Source of the DNA: a virus
Lineage: Duplodnaviria > Caudoviricetes
Length of the DNA stretch: 64,000 bases
Virus record (IMG/VR): IMGVR_UViG_3300021387_000661
Coordinates: 32,001-96,000 of that record
Reading direction: 5' to 3' (one strand)
This document shows positions 48,796-57,455 of this stretch, piece after piece (the first letter of the stretch is position 1; each line of letters starts with the position of its first letter). The translations under genes and the position numbers were made by a program. The notes below the pieces were generated by a model, which worked only from the letters and a program-made list of their open reading frames with translations, was not told where the DNA came from and searched no databases.

Positions 48796-50544
48796 ATGAG
48801 ATATACAAGTAAGGGATATTTCCCCCTTAATGAGAGTAAAAAAGCAAAGGACATCCAAGTTGTCTTTTTGTCATCCAGGGCAGAGAAGACTACAAAGAGT
48901 TCCAATTCAATGTTTTTCTTTGAAGAAGCAGCCAAGAAGGCAGGATTGAAATTGATTACCATTGATCCATCATCATCTACAATTTCAAAAGGTACTGGTG
49001 ATGATTATAATGTAGTTGAGGAAAATGGTGATGCAAAGAAGAATTTTACACTCAACCCAACCAATACGATTATCGTACCTCGTCGTACTGTTTTGAAGAA
49101 CATTGAATCAAGAGATTTCCTTACAGAACTACAGAATGATGGTTTCTTTGTATTGAACACATTGGATGCAATTGATAACTGTGAGGATAAGTTCATAACT
49201 TATAAGAAGTTGAAAGCATATGGTGTTCCAACTCCAAAGACAACTGTTGTTACCAGTTCATCAATGAATAAACTTCAGGAGAAGGTTGATGCAATTGGAA
49301 GTAATTTTCCTATCATTATCAAGATTACAAAGGGAACACAGGGTATTGGTGTTGCACAGATTGACTCAATGATTTCACTTAAGTCTGTCCTCCAGGCCAT
49401 CTTTGCACTTGTACCAAAGGCAGATATTCTTCTTCAGGAGAAAATCAATTCTGATTATGACCTTCGTATCCATGTTCTTTATAAGGGATTTGAAAGGATG
49501 ACACCAGGTATTGATAATTTTGAGATTATTGGATGTATGCAGAGAAATCAGCTTGCTGGTGATTTCAGAAGTAATTATTCTCTTGGTTCAACAGCAGAAA
49601 AAGGACACCTTACACCAGAACAGGAGAAGATTGCAAAGATGGCAGCAAAAGCAACTGGATGTAGATGGTGTGGTGTTGACCTTATTATGGACAGTAGGAC
49701 AAAGGCATCTTATGTTATTGAGGTTAATTCATCACCAGGTACAAAGGGTATTACAACTGCTGCCGGTGATGATGTTGTTGGAATATTGATGGATATGTTC
49801 AAGGACTTCAAATATACAAAGTATGATTCAGATCAGATTGGTAGGTATGAGACTGTTACATTCAAGAATCTTGATGATGGTGTTGATGCTGCTATGAAAT
49901 TTGATGATAGTAAGACATTCACAGAATTGGAATGTAGTTCGGTAAATGCAACTGATGATGATGTTACCTTCTTGTTCAATGGAGTTACTTATAAGGCAGA
50001 ACTTTCAGGTATGAGAAAGGGAAATCCTATGATTGAGTTAAACATTAAGTTCAATGGAACTATCTATAAAAATGAGTTGGTTGTATTGAAGACAGTCAAT
50101 GACAATATTAATAAAAATGTTGCTGTTGGTGGTAGTAAGTTTCTTCATAGAATTTCTGACAAGGCTGTTGTTGTAGAGAATTCATTCATCTTAACAGATA
50201 ACACAACTGGATTTGAAGTTCCAGTACAAAAACTTGATGAGGGTCTTGAAGTTAAGGAAAAGAAAGGTGATGAATTACTTGATTTAAAGGGATTGAAGAA
50301 ATTGTTCACAAGATTTATCAATGGTAGTCAGAATGTTTATGAATATGAAGGTTGGAAGATTAAGAGTGATGATGGTAGAGACAACTGGACATTAAAATTC
50401 AGAGGTAATGAAATAGTAGAGTGTAAGGAAAACTATAGTACATTCATTAGTGATTATTTGACTTTTGAGAAAGCATGTAAGGTTGCTGGAGTCATTGAAT
50501 CATTCTATGGACATGAAGTTGATTTATCAAAATACAATAAATAA
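48796..50544 (+). CDS. rimK: RimK-family ATP-grasp ligase fused to a degenerate retropepsin-like domain and a C-terminal domain
   Basis: DKF.T...L...GVPTPKT, PIIIK..GTQGIGV, LLQEKI, DLR, DFRSNYSLG, GVDL, IEVNSSPG. Confidence 0.88.
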   Translation: MRYTSKGYFPLNESKKAKDIQVVFLSSRAEKTTKSSNSMFFFEEAAKKAGLKLITIDPSSSTISKGTGDDYNVVEENGDAKKNFTLNPTNTIIVPRRTVLKNIESRDFLTELQNDGFFVLNTLDAIDNCEDKFITYKKLKAYGVPTPKTTVVTSSSMNKLQEKVDAIGSNFPIIIKITKGTQGIGVAQIDSMISLKSVLQAIFALVPKADILLQEKINSDYDLRIHVLYKGFERMTPGIDNFEIIGCMQRNQLAGDFRSNYSLGSTAEKGHLTPEQEKIAKMAAKATGCRWCGVDLIMDSRTKASYVIEVNSSPGTKGITTAAGDDVVGILMDMFKDFKYTKYDSDQIGRYETVTFKNLDDGVDAAMKFDDSKTFTELECSSVNATDDDVTFLFNGVTYKAELSGMRKGNPMIELNIKFNGTIYKNELVVLKTVNDNINKNVAVGGSKFLHRISDKAVVVENSFILTDNTTGFEVPVQKLDEGLEVKEKKGDELLDLKGLKKLFTRFINGSQNVYEYEGWKIKSDDGRDNWTLKFRGNEIVECKENYSTFISDYLTFEKACKVAGVIESFYGHEVDLSKYNK

Positions 50545-50548
50545 ATAT

Positions 50549-50713
50549 ATGGGATGTAATTGTTCAAAAGATAGTACTCCTTTATCATTGAAACAGAAAT
50601 TGAGAAGGGAGTTTAAGCAGAAAGTTGCAGAGGTAAAAAAACTCTGGGAGGAAAGTGCTGATGGAAAGATTACATCAACAAAAGACCAATTAGGATTTAA
50701 ACCAAAAATATAA
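50549..50713 (+). CDS. Small MGCNC protein (54 aa)
   Basis: Probable start ATG 50549. Confidence 0.55.
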   Translation: MGCNCSKDSTPLSLKQKLRREFKQKVAEVKKLWEESADGKITSTKDQLGFKPKI

Positions 50714-50732
50714 AATAAAAACAGATAACATT

Positions 50733-51245
50733 ATGCTTAAGAAATTTAATGAATATATAGAGGAAGGTCTTATTTCAGATTTTCAGAAGAAACAGGAAGA
50801 AGTTTCTTCAAATGTATTGTCAGAGGAAAATAAACAATTTATAATTGAATTTTTAAGAAAAATGAATAGTGTTAATTTTCCTTGTGTATGTCATTTTGAT
50901 AACTGCTCTGTATGCTCTATAGAGAGGTATAATTTTGACGAAGAATCTGTTGGTGAGGACATTTATAAAGAATTAAAATCAATTAATCATATAAAAGATT
51001 CATTTGTTGAAAAGATTAAGATTAAAAGGAATGATATTATAGAATTTTCTGAAAAATTTGAAAAAAATAAATTATTAAATAATGCAATTTTAAAGTGGTT
51101 TAATGAAAGATTTGATACTTGGAAAGAAGAACATCCGATAAAAGTAAAAAAATCTGATGGGAAAGTATATGAAAAGCCAAACACATTTATGAGAGTTGGA
51201 TTTTTACTTGATTATAAGGATGAAATTATAGATGAAATATTTTAA
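50733..51245 (+). CDS. Putative head-internal protein
   Basis: MLKKFNEYIEE^G CTS-like start. Confidence 0.65.
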   Translation: MLKKFNEYIEEGLISDFQKKQEEVSSNVLSEENKQFIIEFLRKMNSVNFPCVCHFDNCSVCSIERYNFDEESVGEDIYKELKSINHIKDSFVEKIKIKRNDIIEFSEKFEKNKLLNNAILKWFNERFDTWKEEHPIKVKKSDGKVYEKPNTFMRVGFLLDYKDEIIDEIF

Positions 51246-51254
51246 TAATATAAT

Positions 51255-51794
51255 ATGTTAAAGAAATTTGATGAATATATAAAGTCTTTAAATAAACAAG
51301 ATGAGAGTTTTATACCAGATGCACCTAAATCAACCCAAACTTCAGATGGTAAAGAAATAGCAGGAGTAAAGGAGGTTATTGAGATTGAAGGACTTGGTAA
51401 GATGAAGGTGAAATTAGATTCTGGGAATAGTGCCATCAACGCCTTAATAGTAAAAGACTATTATGAGGACAAAGATGAGAAGACTGTGAAGTTTGACTTC
51501 AATGGTGAGGAGAAGAAGTTTGATGTTGAGAAACACATCAGAATCTGGCATCATGGTAAATCAACTGAAAGACCCGTTATCAAAGTCAATATAAAGTTCA
51601 ATGGAAAGGAATATAAGGATGAACTTGTCGACCTCAAGATTTCTGACTTGACAGGTACAAAGAATTACAGAAGCAGGATGTTACTCTGCAAAGACTTTAT
51701 GTCCAGGGCCAATGTGGTGATTGATCCAAGTAAGGAGTTCAAACTGACTGACAAGAAAGACATAAAGAAGAAAAAGAAGAAGAGTGAGAGTTAA
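51255..51794 (+). CDS. RimK-associated retropepsin-like protease (RimB / 'ATP-dependent Zn protease' family)
   Basis: KVKLDSGNS catalytic motif, ERPVIK, MLL...F; CTS-like start. Confidence 0.8.
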   Translation: MLKKFDEYIKSLNKQDESFIPDAPKSTQTSDGKEIAGVKEVIEIEGLGKMKVKLDSGNSAINALIVKDYYEDKDEKTVKFDFNGEEKKFDVEKHIRIWHHGKSTERPVIKVNIKFNGKEYKDELVDLKISDLTGTKNYRSRMLLCKDFMSRANVVIDPSKEFKLTDKKDIKKKKKKSES

Positions 51795-51815
51795 AATCTC
51801 ACTCTTTTTTTTTTG
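51778..51815. terminator. Bidirectional terminator
   Basis: AGAGTGAGA...TCTCACTCT plus long T-run. Confidence 0.75.
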
Positions 51816-52958
51816 TTATATACTGGATTCAAATAGTTTAATTACATCATCTATGTTGGTTGAAAATATTTCAATATAATTAAGTCCATTTTCTTTTGCA
51901 ATTTGTCTCTTGATTACATCTCTTACAGTCCAATTAGTTATTGCTTTATTATAATACTTTGATTTTTTAGATTTCCATTTTTCAACAATATTTAAATCAT
52001 CTTTATCATTTTTGTTGAATGGGTGTTTTCCATGTGTCCAATTTCCTTGTATTTCAATATATAAATCATAATCTGGTAAATAGAAATCACAATGATATGG
52101 ATATTGTTTAGAGTAATAGTTTCTTATGAATTTATAGTTTTGTTCAGAAAGATATTGAGAAAATTGTTCTTCTATATTTGAACTATTTGATGTATTATTC
52201 TTTTTCTTTGTTGAAAATATTTTATTTACTCTTTCTTTATTTTGGTCATTTAACTGTTCTTTGAATTTATCTGTTTTTGAATAGCTTGATACTCCATATT
52301 TTTCTAAACAAGTTTGTTTTGCTTTTTCTATATTGTTATAGTTTTTATCACCATATCTCTCTTCTTTTGTTATAAGTGCTTTAGAGTGATTGTTATAAAA
52401 TTCATATCCATATTTTTCTTTTTTGTGTAATTTTGCTTTTTCCTTTGAAGTATCATCTTGTGAAATATATTTTACACCTCTTTTCTTTATATTTGTTTCA
52501 ATGGACTTAATTTGTATATCTGGATTTTGCATTGGAAAATCATATCCAGTCTTTTGTTTATATGTTTGTTTTTGTTTCTCTACATATTCTGGTAACATAC
52601 TTGACATCTTCACACCATATCTTTCAAGATTTGTTTTGAATATTGATTCCATTCTTTCTGGAGATGTATATGCACATTTTTTTGAACAAAACTTTGTATA
52701 TCCTTCATAAAAGGACAAGAATTTACATCTGTTTTTACATATAGGACAAATACCTAATTCAAAAGTCATATCATTGTTGAAAAAATGATATAATTTTTGT
52801 GTGAATTTGAAATCTTGTGGAAAATTCCAATTACATAATATTGAATAAAGATGATTGAAATGTCTTGAAAATGACAATTCTCTTAAAAAGTTATAATTGG
52901 ATTTATCAGATAAGAATGATTTAACATCTTCAAAAGATGTACTTTGAATTTGTTTCAT
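51816..52958 (-). CDS. Free-standing putative homing endonuclease (Cys-rich finger, KYG repeats, Vsr/DUF559-like nuclease)
   Basis: Probable ATG 52958; CPIC..C...CSKKC; CDFYLP...YIEIQG.W.HG. Confidence 0.8.
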   Translation of the reverse strand: MKQIQSTSFEDVKSFLSDKSNYNFLRELSFSRHFNHLYSILCNWNFPQDFKFTQKLYHFFNNDMTFELGICPICKNRCKFLSFYEGYTKFCSKKCAYTSPERMESIFKTNLERYGVKMSSMLPEYVEKQKQTYKQKTGYDFPMQNPDIQIKSIETNIKKRGVKYISQDDTSKEKAKLHKKEKYGYEFYNNHSKALITKEERYGDKNYNNIEKAKQTCLEKYGVSSYSKTDKFKEQLNDQNKERVNKIFSTKKKNNTSNSSNIEEQFSQYLSEQNYKFIRNYYSKQYPYHCDFYLPDYDLYIEIQGNWTHGKHPFNKNDKDDLNIVEKWKSKKSKYYNKAITNWTVRDVIKRQIAKENGLNYIEIFSTNIDDVIKLFESSI

Positions 52959-53083
52959 AAATATTATGTTACTTTGTATCAAGAGGATTTCAGAGGTTTA
53001 CCAGACCTCATTAATGAAGTCCTCTTTCTATATTTATGAAAGTTTTGTTATATTTAGAATATAAATTATAAATATGTTTTAGT

Positions 53084-54310
53084 ATGGCAAAAAGTTCAGG
53101 TGAGTTTACTTTTAATGATTTGAATAAAGAGATATCAAAAAACTCAAAATGGGGAGGACTTATGTCTGAACCTGGTAAGGGTGTATCAGAAATTACTGAA
53201 TATATTTCTGTTGGGAATTATGCTTGTAATGCATGTCTCAGTGGAAGTATTTTTGGAGGTATTCCTAATAATAGAATAACTGGATTTTCAGGCATTTCAG
53301 GAGTTGGAAAAACTTATTTATTACTCAATCTTGCAAGGGAAGCAATACTTAAAGATTATTTTGTTATATGGTATGATTCTGAAAATGCAATAGAATCAAA
53401 ACAACTCAAACAGTTTAATATTGATCCTACAAAATTTCGTTATGAACCAGCAACCAGTGTTGAAGAATTTAGAACATCAATAACTCAAATTATTGATTTG
53501 CTGACAGAAAAAAAGGAAGCTGGAATGTCTATACCTAAAGTACTTTTTGTTCTTGATTCACTTGGTGGACTTCCAAGTGCAAAAGAAATAGAAGATGCAA
53601 AAAGTGGTAGTGATAAAGCAGATATGACCAAGGCTAAAAAAATCAGGTCTATTTTTAGAATTATTTCTATGAAAATGGGTGTGATAGGTGCAACTATGGC
53701 ATTATCGAATCATGTGTATGAAAATACAAATGCATATGTTCCTACATCTGTTCAGTCTGGTGGTCAGGGTTTGGTTTATGGCGCAAGTGTTATTCTTAAT
53801 CTTTCAAAAGCAAAATTAAAAGAAGGTTCTGATAATACACAGACAGGTATTATTGTGACTGCAAAACCAGATAAAAATAGATTTTGTATTCCTCATACTG
53901 TTAAGTTTTATATAAGTTATATTTCCGGGTGTAATCCCTATGTAGGTCTGGAAGAATACATTTCATTTGAGAGATGTGGTATCCAGAGAGGTAAGTTCAT
54001 CACTGAGAAGGAATATCTGAAGAGTCCTAATGAAGACTATATCAGATGTGAGAACAATGGTGTTGTACAGTATTTCGTACCAAGTGAGACTGCCAGGGGA
54101 TATTGTCTTGATGATGGTACCACTATTCCTTTGAATCAGATATTCACATCCAAGGCATTCACCAAGGAAAGACTTGAAAGACTGGATGAGTATATCAAGT
54201 CAGAATTCAAGTATGCTGAAAGCAATGGTGTTGAGGAAGTCTTTGAAGATGATAATGAACCAGATGAGACTGTTGATGTGAATGATTTGATAGGAAGTCA
54301 GTTGAATTAG
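53084..54310 (+). CDS. uvsX: RecA-like recombinase (UvsX)
   Basis: GGIP, GISGVGKT, YDSENA, VLDSLG, NHVY, SGG.G..Y.AS. Confidence 0.93.
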   Translation: MAKSSGEFTFNDLNKEISKNSKWGGLMSEPGKGVSEITEYISVGNYACNACLSGSIFGGIPNNRITGFSGISGVGKTYLLLNLAREAILKDYFVIWYDSENAIESKQLKQFNIDPTKFRYEPATSVEEFRTSITQIIDLLTEKKEAGMSIPKVLFVLDSLGGLPSAKEIEDAKSGSDKADMTKAKKIRSIFRIISMKMGVIGATMALSNHVYENTNAYVPTSVQSGGQGLVYGASVILNLSKAKLKEGSDNTQTGIIVTAKPDKNRFCIPHTVKFYISYISGCNPYVGLEEYISFERCGIQRGKFITEKEYLKSPNEDYIRCENNGVVQYFVPSETARGYCLDDGTTIPLNQIFTSKAFTKERLERLDEYIKSEFKYAESNGVEEVFEDDNEPDETVDVNDLIGSQLN

Positions 54311-54345
54311 AAAAAATCCAGGGTTTTATACTCTGGATTTTTTTG
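54311..54345 (+). terminator. Intrinsic terminator
   Basis: AAAAAATCCAGGGT...ACTCTGGATTTTTT. Confidence 0.8.
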
Positions 54346-54373
54346 GATATGTCAGAAATTTTTATTATCTTTG
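54342..54373 (+). promoter_or_regulatory. Bacteroidota housekeeping-type promoter (-33 TTTG / -7 TATCTTTG)
   Basis: TTTG 54342-54345, 20-nt spacer, TATCTTTG 54366-54373. Confidence 0.8.
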
Positions 54374-54398
54374 TAGTGAGAACAATAATAAAAAGATT

Positions 54399-54590
54399 AT
54401 GACATTTAAAATTTATCGCACTTCACACAGAGAAGTAAACTATCCAGGAGTTGTTGAGAATGATGGAAAATATTCAATTGAAATCAATTCTCTTGATGAT
54501 CTTGATAAAATTGAGAATACCTTTGAAGAGAAGTTAATTATCTCTATGAGGTATAAGACTATTGAGATCTATGATACTTACCGTGAGTAA
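54399..54590 (+). CDS. Small early hypothetical protein
   Basis: 63 aa after host-type promoter, ends IEIYDTYRE. Confidence 0.7.
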   Translation: MTFKIYRTSHREVNYPGVVENDGKYSIEINSLDDLDKIENTFEEKLIISMRYKTIEIYDTYRE

Positions 54591-54592
54591 TT

Positions 54593-54748
54593 ATGACAGC
54601 AATATATAAAGATTCTGTTGTTTCCTGTTATCCACAATATGTTGAAAATGGGATAACCTGGTATTGGATTCCTGGGACTGGTACTATTCCAGAAACAGAA
54701 CTATATTTTGGAGAATATAAACCAAATAGAGGAACTATGCCACTATGA
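54593..54748 (+). CDS. Small hypothetical protein (51 aa)
   Basis: MTAIYKDSVV..., tightly packed. Confidence 0.45.
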   Translation: MTAIYKDSVVSCYPQYVENGITWYWIPGTGTIPETELYFGEYKPNRGTMPL

Positions 54749-54885
54749 ACTTAAAAGGACAATGGAATAAATTTAATAAATTCCAACAATTGGATTTGAT
54801 ATTTTTTGCCAACAGAAAATTATGGAGACATTATTGGGGACTAAAGAAAAAATACTTAATTGAAAATGAAAAGAGTGAGGATTGA
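54745..54885 (+). CDS. Small hypothetical protein (46 aa)
   Basis: ATGA overlap with the previous ORF. Confidence 0.4.
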   Translation: MNLKGQWNKFNKFQQLDLIFFANRKLWRHYWGLKKKYLIENEKSED

Positions 54886-54900
54886 ACCTCACTCTTTTTG
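54868..54900. terminator. Bidirectional terminator
   Basis: AAAAGAGTGAGG-ATTGAA-CCTCACTCTTTT. Confidence 0.8.
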
Positions 54901-54901
54901 T

Positions 54902-55759
54902 TTATTCTGTTTTGAATAAGAAGTCTTCAAATGAAAGAATTGTCTGTTGCTCATTGAGAATCTTCATATCATATTCATATTCTGTTGCCTCATCATATTC
55001 ATCATTACAGAATTCTTCAAGGAGTTTATCAAAGACTGTTATTTCAAGCCCTTCTTCTTCAAGGTCTGCCAAATCAGTTTCTTCTTCATTCTTGATTGCT
55101 GCTTTCTTATATACTTTATGTATGCTGCTTGAAAAATAATCCCAGATTGATTCAACCAAGTTTTTGAATGTCTTATTCAATTCTTTGTCATCTTTGAACT
55201 TTGCTTTAATTTCTTCAATTCTTTCAACATCAGCATCAGTAGTTTTTGCAAGATTAGTGAATTGTTTGTTGAATGTGGTTTCTGGTTTGAAAAGGAAAGG
55301 CTTCAATATACTCAATACTTCTTTGTTAAGTTTTAAATTACCATTTTCATTTACCAGATAAAGGAGTTTTTTGAAATTATCATCAGATGTCAATGTTCTG
55401 AAAAGTTTACCATGCTTTAGTAGGGGAATAATTTTGATATCAACAAAGTCATATGTTCTGTTTCTCTTATGTTCAGCGCACCATTTTTTGGATGCTCTTT
55501 TGAAATATACACCACTCTCTGCACCCTTTACATATGTTGGTCTTGATGGTTTCTCTTCTATGACACCAGCTTTAAATTTGTTCAAATCAACATCATATGC
55601 ATTCATCGCCTTTATATAGTCTTCTTTTGAGACTTTATAATATTTGATGTTTTCAATAGTAGGTCTGTTATTTGATGATTCTACACTTGAACTGTTATTT
55701 TCATAAATTGGTTCAGCATTTACCTGCTGGTTATAATAATCCTTAAATGTTAAGACCAT
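54902..55759 (-). CDS. Putative head-internal protein
   Basis: VLTFKDYY at the N-terminus and ILSFEDFL at the C-terminus, late promoter 55790. Confidence 0.65.
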   Translation of the reverse strand: MVLTFKDYYNQQVNAEPIYENNSSSVESSNNRPTIENIKYYKVSKEDYIKAMNAYDVDLNKFKAGVIEEKPSRPTYVKGAESGVYFKRASKKWCAEHKRNRTYDFVDIKIIPLLKHGKLFRTLTSDDNFKKLLYLVNENGNLKLNKEVLSILKPFLFKPETTFNKQFTNLAKTTDADVERIEEIKAKFKDDKELNKTFKNLVESIWDYFSSSIHKVYKKAAIKNEEETDLADLEEEGLEITVFDKLLEEFCNDEYDEATEYEYDMKILNEQQTILSFEDFLFKTE

Positions 55760-55859
55760 AGTATTTTCCTTATTATATAAAGTATAAATTATTTATGGAA
55801 GGTTAAAAAAATTGTATCCTTGTTTGTTATTTTTATTATGATAAAAAATAGATGTTATA

Positions 55860-56126
55860 ATGATTGAATTAAACAAGGACAAAATTCAGGTAAGGTATAT
55901 AACCGGAATTAATAAATGCCTACCAGATTATCCAACACCACTTGATATACTTTATGAGAGTTGTGTGGAGAGTGCAGATAAGAATTTATTTTCAGAAGCA
56001 AAGATAGAAAATAGATATGGACTGGATGAAGATGGTGTAAAGAATATCATAGAATCACTTGAAAATCTTGAATATATTAAGAAAAATAACACGAGATATA
56101 AAATAGTTAAGACACCATGGGATTAA
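55860..56126 (+). CDS. Small winged-helix-like protein preceding the helicase
   Basis: IIESLENLEYIKK...YKI pattern. Confidence 0.55.
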   Translation: MIELNKDKIQVRYITGINKCLPDYPTPLDILYESCVESADKNLFSEAKIENRYGLDEDGVKNIIESLENLEYIKKNNTRYKIVKTPWD

Positions 56127-57454
56127 AAACAAGTATAGATCAGGAAAAACTGATATTTGCATATGCATTGAAAAGACCACAGTACTTTTTGAGTATGGGT
56201 GGTGATTTTTATAATAATCCTGACATACAGTATCTGGCAAACAATGCCAAACTGTTCTTCCAAGAGTATAAGGAATCACCATCGAGGGAACAGATGAAGG
56301 CCATTATTAAAGGAGATAAGAAGGAATTACCTTCTGAAATTGTGGATAGTATCTATGATGTGGAAATCAATGCATATGATGATGAGTTCCTCAAGGACAC
56401 AACAGAAGGGTGGATTAGGTTCAGGTCTTTGAATCATAATCTGTTTGAAGCAGTGACTTTGGTTAAGACAACAGATATTACCCTGGAAAATGTAAATGAT
56501 GTTGTGAGAAGGGCTGCATCTGTTGTTGCTGATACCAACCTCATTTCATTTGACAGGGATTTGGGTGATGATTTCTGGAATCCTGAAAGTCATAAGAATA
56601 TAAAGGAAGATAAGATTCCTTCAACCTGGGAATATTGGAACAAAGTATCTCATGGTGGACTTGACCATAAGACTCTTACTGTGTATATTGGCGGTACTAA
56701 TGTTGGTAAGTCTATTGTCCTTTGTAATGATGCAGCAAGTTATGTGAGACAGGGTAAGAATGTCCTCTTCATCACTTGTGAGATGGCAAAGGAAAAGGTC
56801 ACCAGGCGTATATCTGCCAACCTTCTGGATATGACATTGGAGGATTATGACAAATTGGTGGAAGACCCTGTAAAGGTGAAGAGAAAACTCAACCAGTTCA
56901 TAAAGAACAGTTTCTTTGAACCAGGTAAGTTGAGAATCAAGGAACTACCAACTGGACAGGGTACAGTACTGGATGTTGAAAGATATATCAAGGAAGTTGA
57001 GGAGTCACAGAATTATAAAGTTGATGTGGTTATCATTGACTATATCAATATTATGTGTAATTATCGTCAACCAAACTCTGAAAATACTTATTTGAAAATC
57101 AAGACATTGGCTGAAGATTTGAGAGGTCTTGCAGTAAAGTATGATGTATTGATGATTACAGCATCCCAGATTGGTAGAGGTGCATTGGATAGTTCTGATA
57201 TTAATCTGACTGATGTGTCTGAATCAATGGGACTTATGCATACAGTTGATAATGGTATTGGTATCATTCAGACAGAGGAAATGAGGATAGGAGAACTTAT
57301 TGATGGTGTTGCTGTTCCTTATTACTGGATGAAGATTCTTAAAATCCGCGAAGGCGAGGGAAAAGGACATAAGTTCAGGGTTGATATCAATTATGATAAG
57401 ATGAAACTCATTGAAAGAACAGATTGTATAGATACAAATGATCATTTAGGATAA
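56117..57454 (+). CDS. gp41: Replicative DNA helicase (T4 gp41 / DnaB family)
   Basis: GGTNVGKS, ITCEM, IIDYINIM, AEDLRGLA, TASQ, SESMG. Confidence 0.95.
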   Translation: MGLKTSIDQEKLIFAYALKRPQYFLSMGGDFYNNPDIQYLANNAKLFFQEYKESPSREQMKAIIKGDKKELPSEIVDSIYDVEINAYDDEFLKDTTEGWIRFRSLNHNLFEAVTLVKTTDITLENVNDVVRRAASVVADTNLISFDRDLGDDFWNPESHKNIKEDKIPSTWEYWNKVSHGGLDHKTLTVYIGGTNVGKSIVLCNDAASYVRQGKNVLFITCEMAKEKVTRRISANLLDMTLEDYDKLVEDPVKVKRKLNQFIKNSFFEPGKLRIKELPTGQGTVLDVERYIKEVEESQNYKVDVVIIDYINIMCNYRQPNSENTYLKIKTLAEDLRGLAVKYDVLMITASQIGRGALDSSDINLTDVSESMGLMHTVDNGIGIIQTEEMRIGELIDGVAVPYYWMKILKIREGEGKGHKFRVDINYDKMKLIERTDCIDTNDHLG

Positions 57455-57455
57455 T

